59,257 nt of DNA from Octopus bimaculoides (lineage: Eukaryota). Every line of letters starts with the position of its first letter. Within the stretch, counting starts at the first letter, position 1. The position numbers and the translations under genes are program-made. Of this stretch, positions 59,064 through 59,257 are shown piece by piece. The stretch spans positions 30,785,575 through 30,844,831 of the forward strand of contig NC_069004.1 in NCBI RefSeq assembly GCF_001194135.2, written 5' to 3'. The notes beneath the pieces were generated by a model, which did no database searches, was not told the origin of the DNA, and saw only the letters and a program-made list of their open reading frames with translations.

Positions 59064-59253
59064 CAATGGGGTCCTCAACCTTTATGATATTCGGACCCAG
59101 ATCCAAAACCCAGATTTGGCCGGGGAGGGGGTGAAGGCGCACGCGCCAAAAGAAGTAAAGCTCAAGCCAAATAAAGATAAATTTATTGTATTTAGAGAAG
59201 GAAGACCGTTGAGGGGCGCATACGGCCCTAGGAGCCGCAGTTGAGAACCGCTG
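59064..59253. mobile_element. hAT (Charlie-like) MITE
   Basis: CAATGGGGTCCTCAAC ... GTTGAGAACCGCTG termini; flanks TTCTAGCC and GTCT (window ends) fit an NTCTAGNN target. Confidence 0.65.
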
Positions 59254-59257
59254 GTCT

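Larger units (their letters stand above)
1..59257. repeat. Pervasive microsatellites ((AT)n, (CA)n, (CATA)n, (GATA)n, (GACA)n, (GA)n, (TAA)n, (GAT)n, (GGT)n) across the whole window
   Basis: Directly visible, e.g. (TAA)n 2977-3048 and 57895-57950, (ATT)n 46210-46320, (GATA)n 43793-43875 and 55665-55865, (CATA)n 38818-38860 and 39250-39335. Confidence 0.99.

Overview
Eukaryotic, repeat-saturated, gapped draft-assembly sequence. The SINE/LINE families and the dense (AT)n, (CA)n, (CATA)n, (GATA)n and (TAA)n tracts point to a coleoid cephalopod, probably Octopus (inference, not verified). No complete host gene can be read: almost all long ORFs in the supplied track are artefacts of microsatellites and N-runs. 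What can be supported: three tRNA-headed SINE families in many copies; decayed RTE-like LINE 3' ends; several fragments of restriction-like-endonuclease (RLE) non-LTR retrotransposons; a decayed DD41D-type and another Tc1/mariner transposase; mariner and hAT MITEs; Penelope-like terminal fragments carrying minimal hammerhead-ribozyme-like motifs; long hairpins; minisatellites; and a few candidate exons, the best being a + strand terminal-type exon at 40938-41036 with a globin H-helix-like pattern. The most interesting pattern is apparent partitioning of microsatellite targets among mobile elements: one RLE family sits repeatedly in (CATA)n, an R4/Dong-like family and SINE-A sit in (TAA)n, and another young repeat sits in (AT)n. 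Element boundaries are read by eye and are approximate unless stated otherwise.
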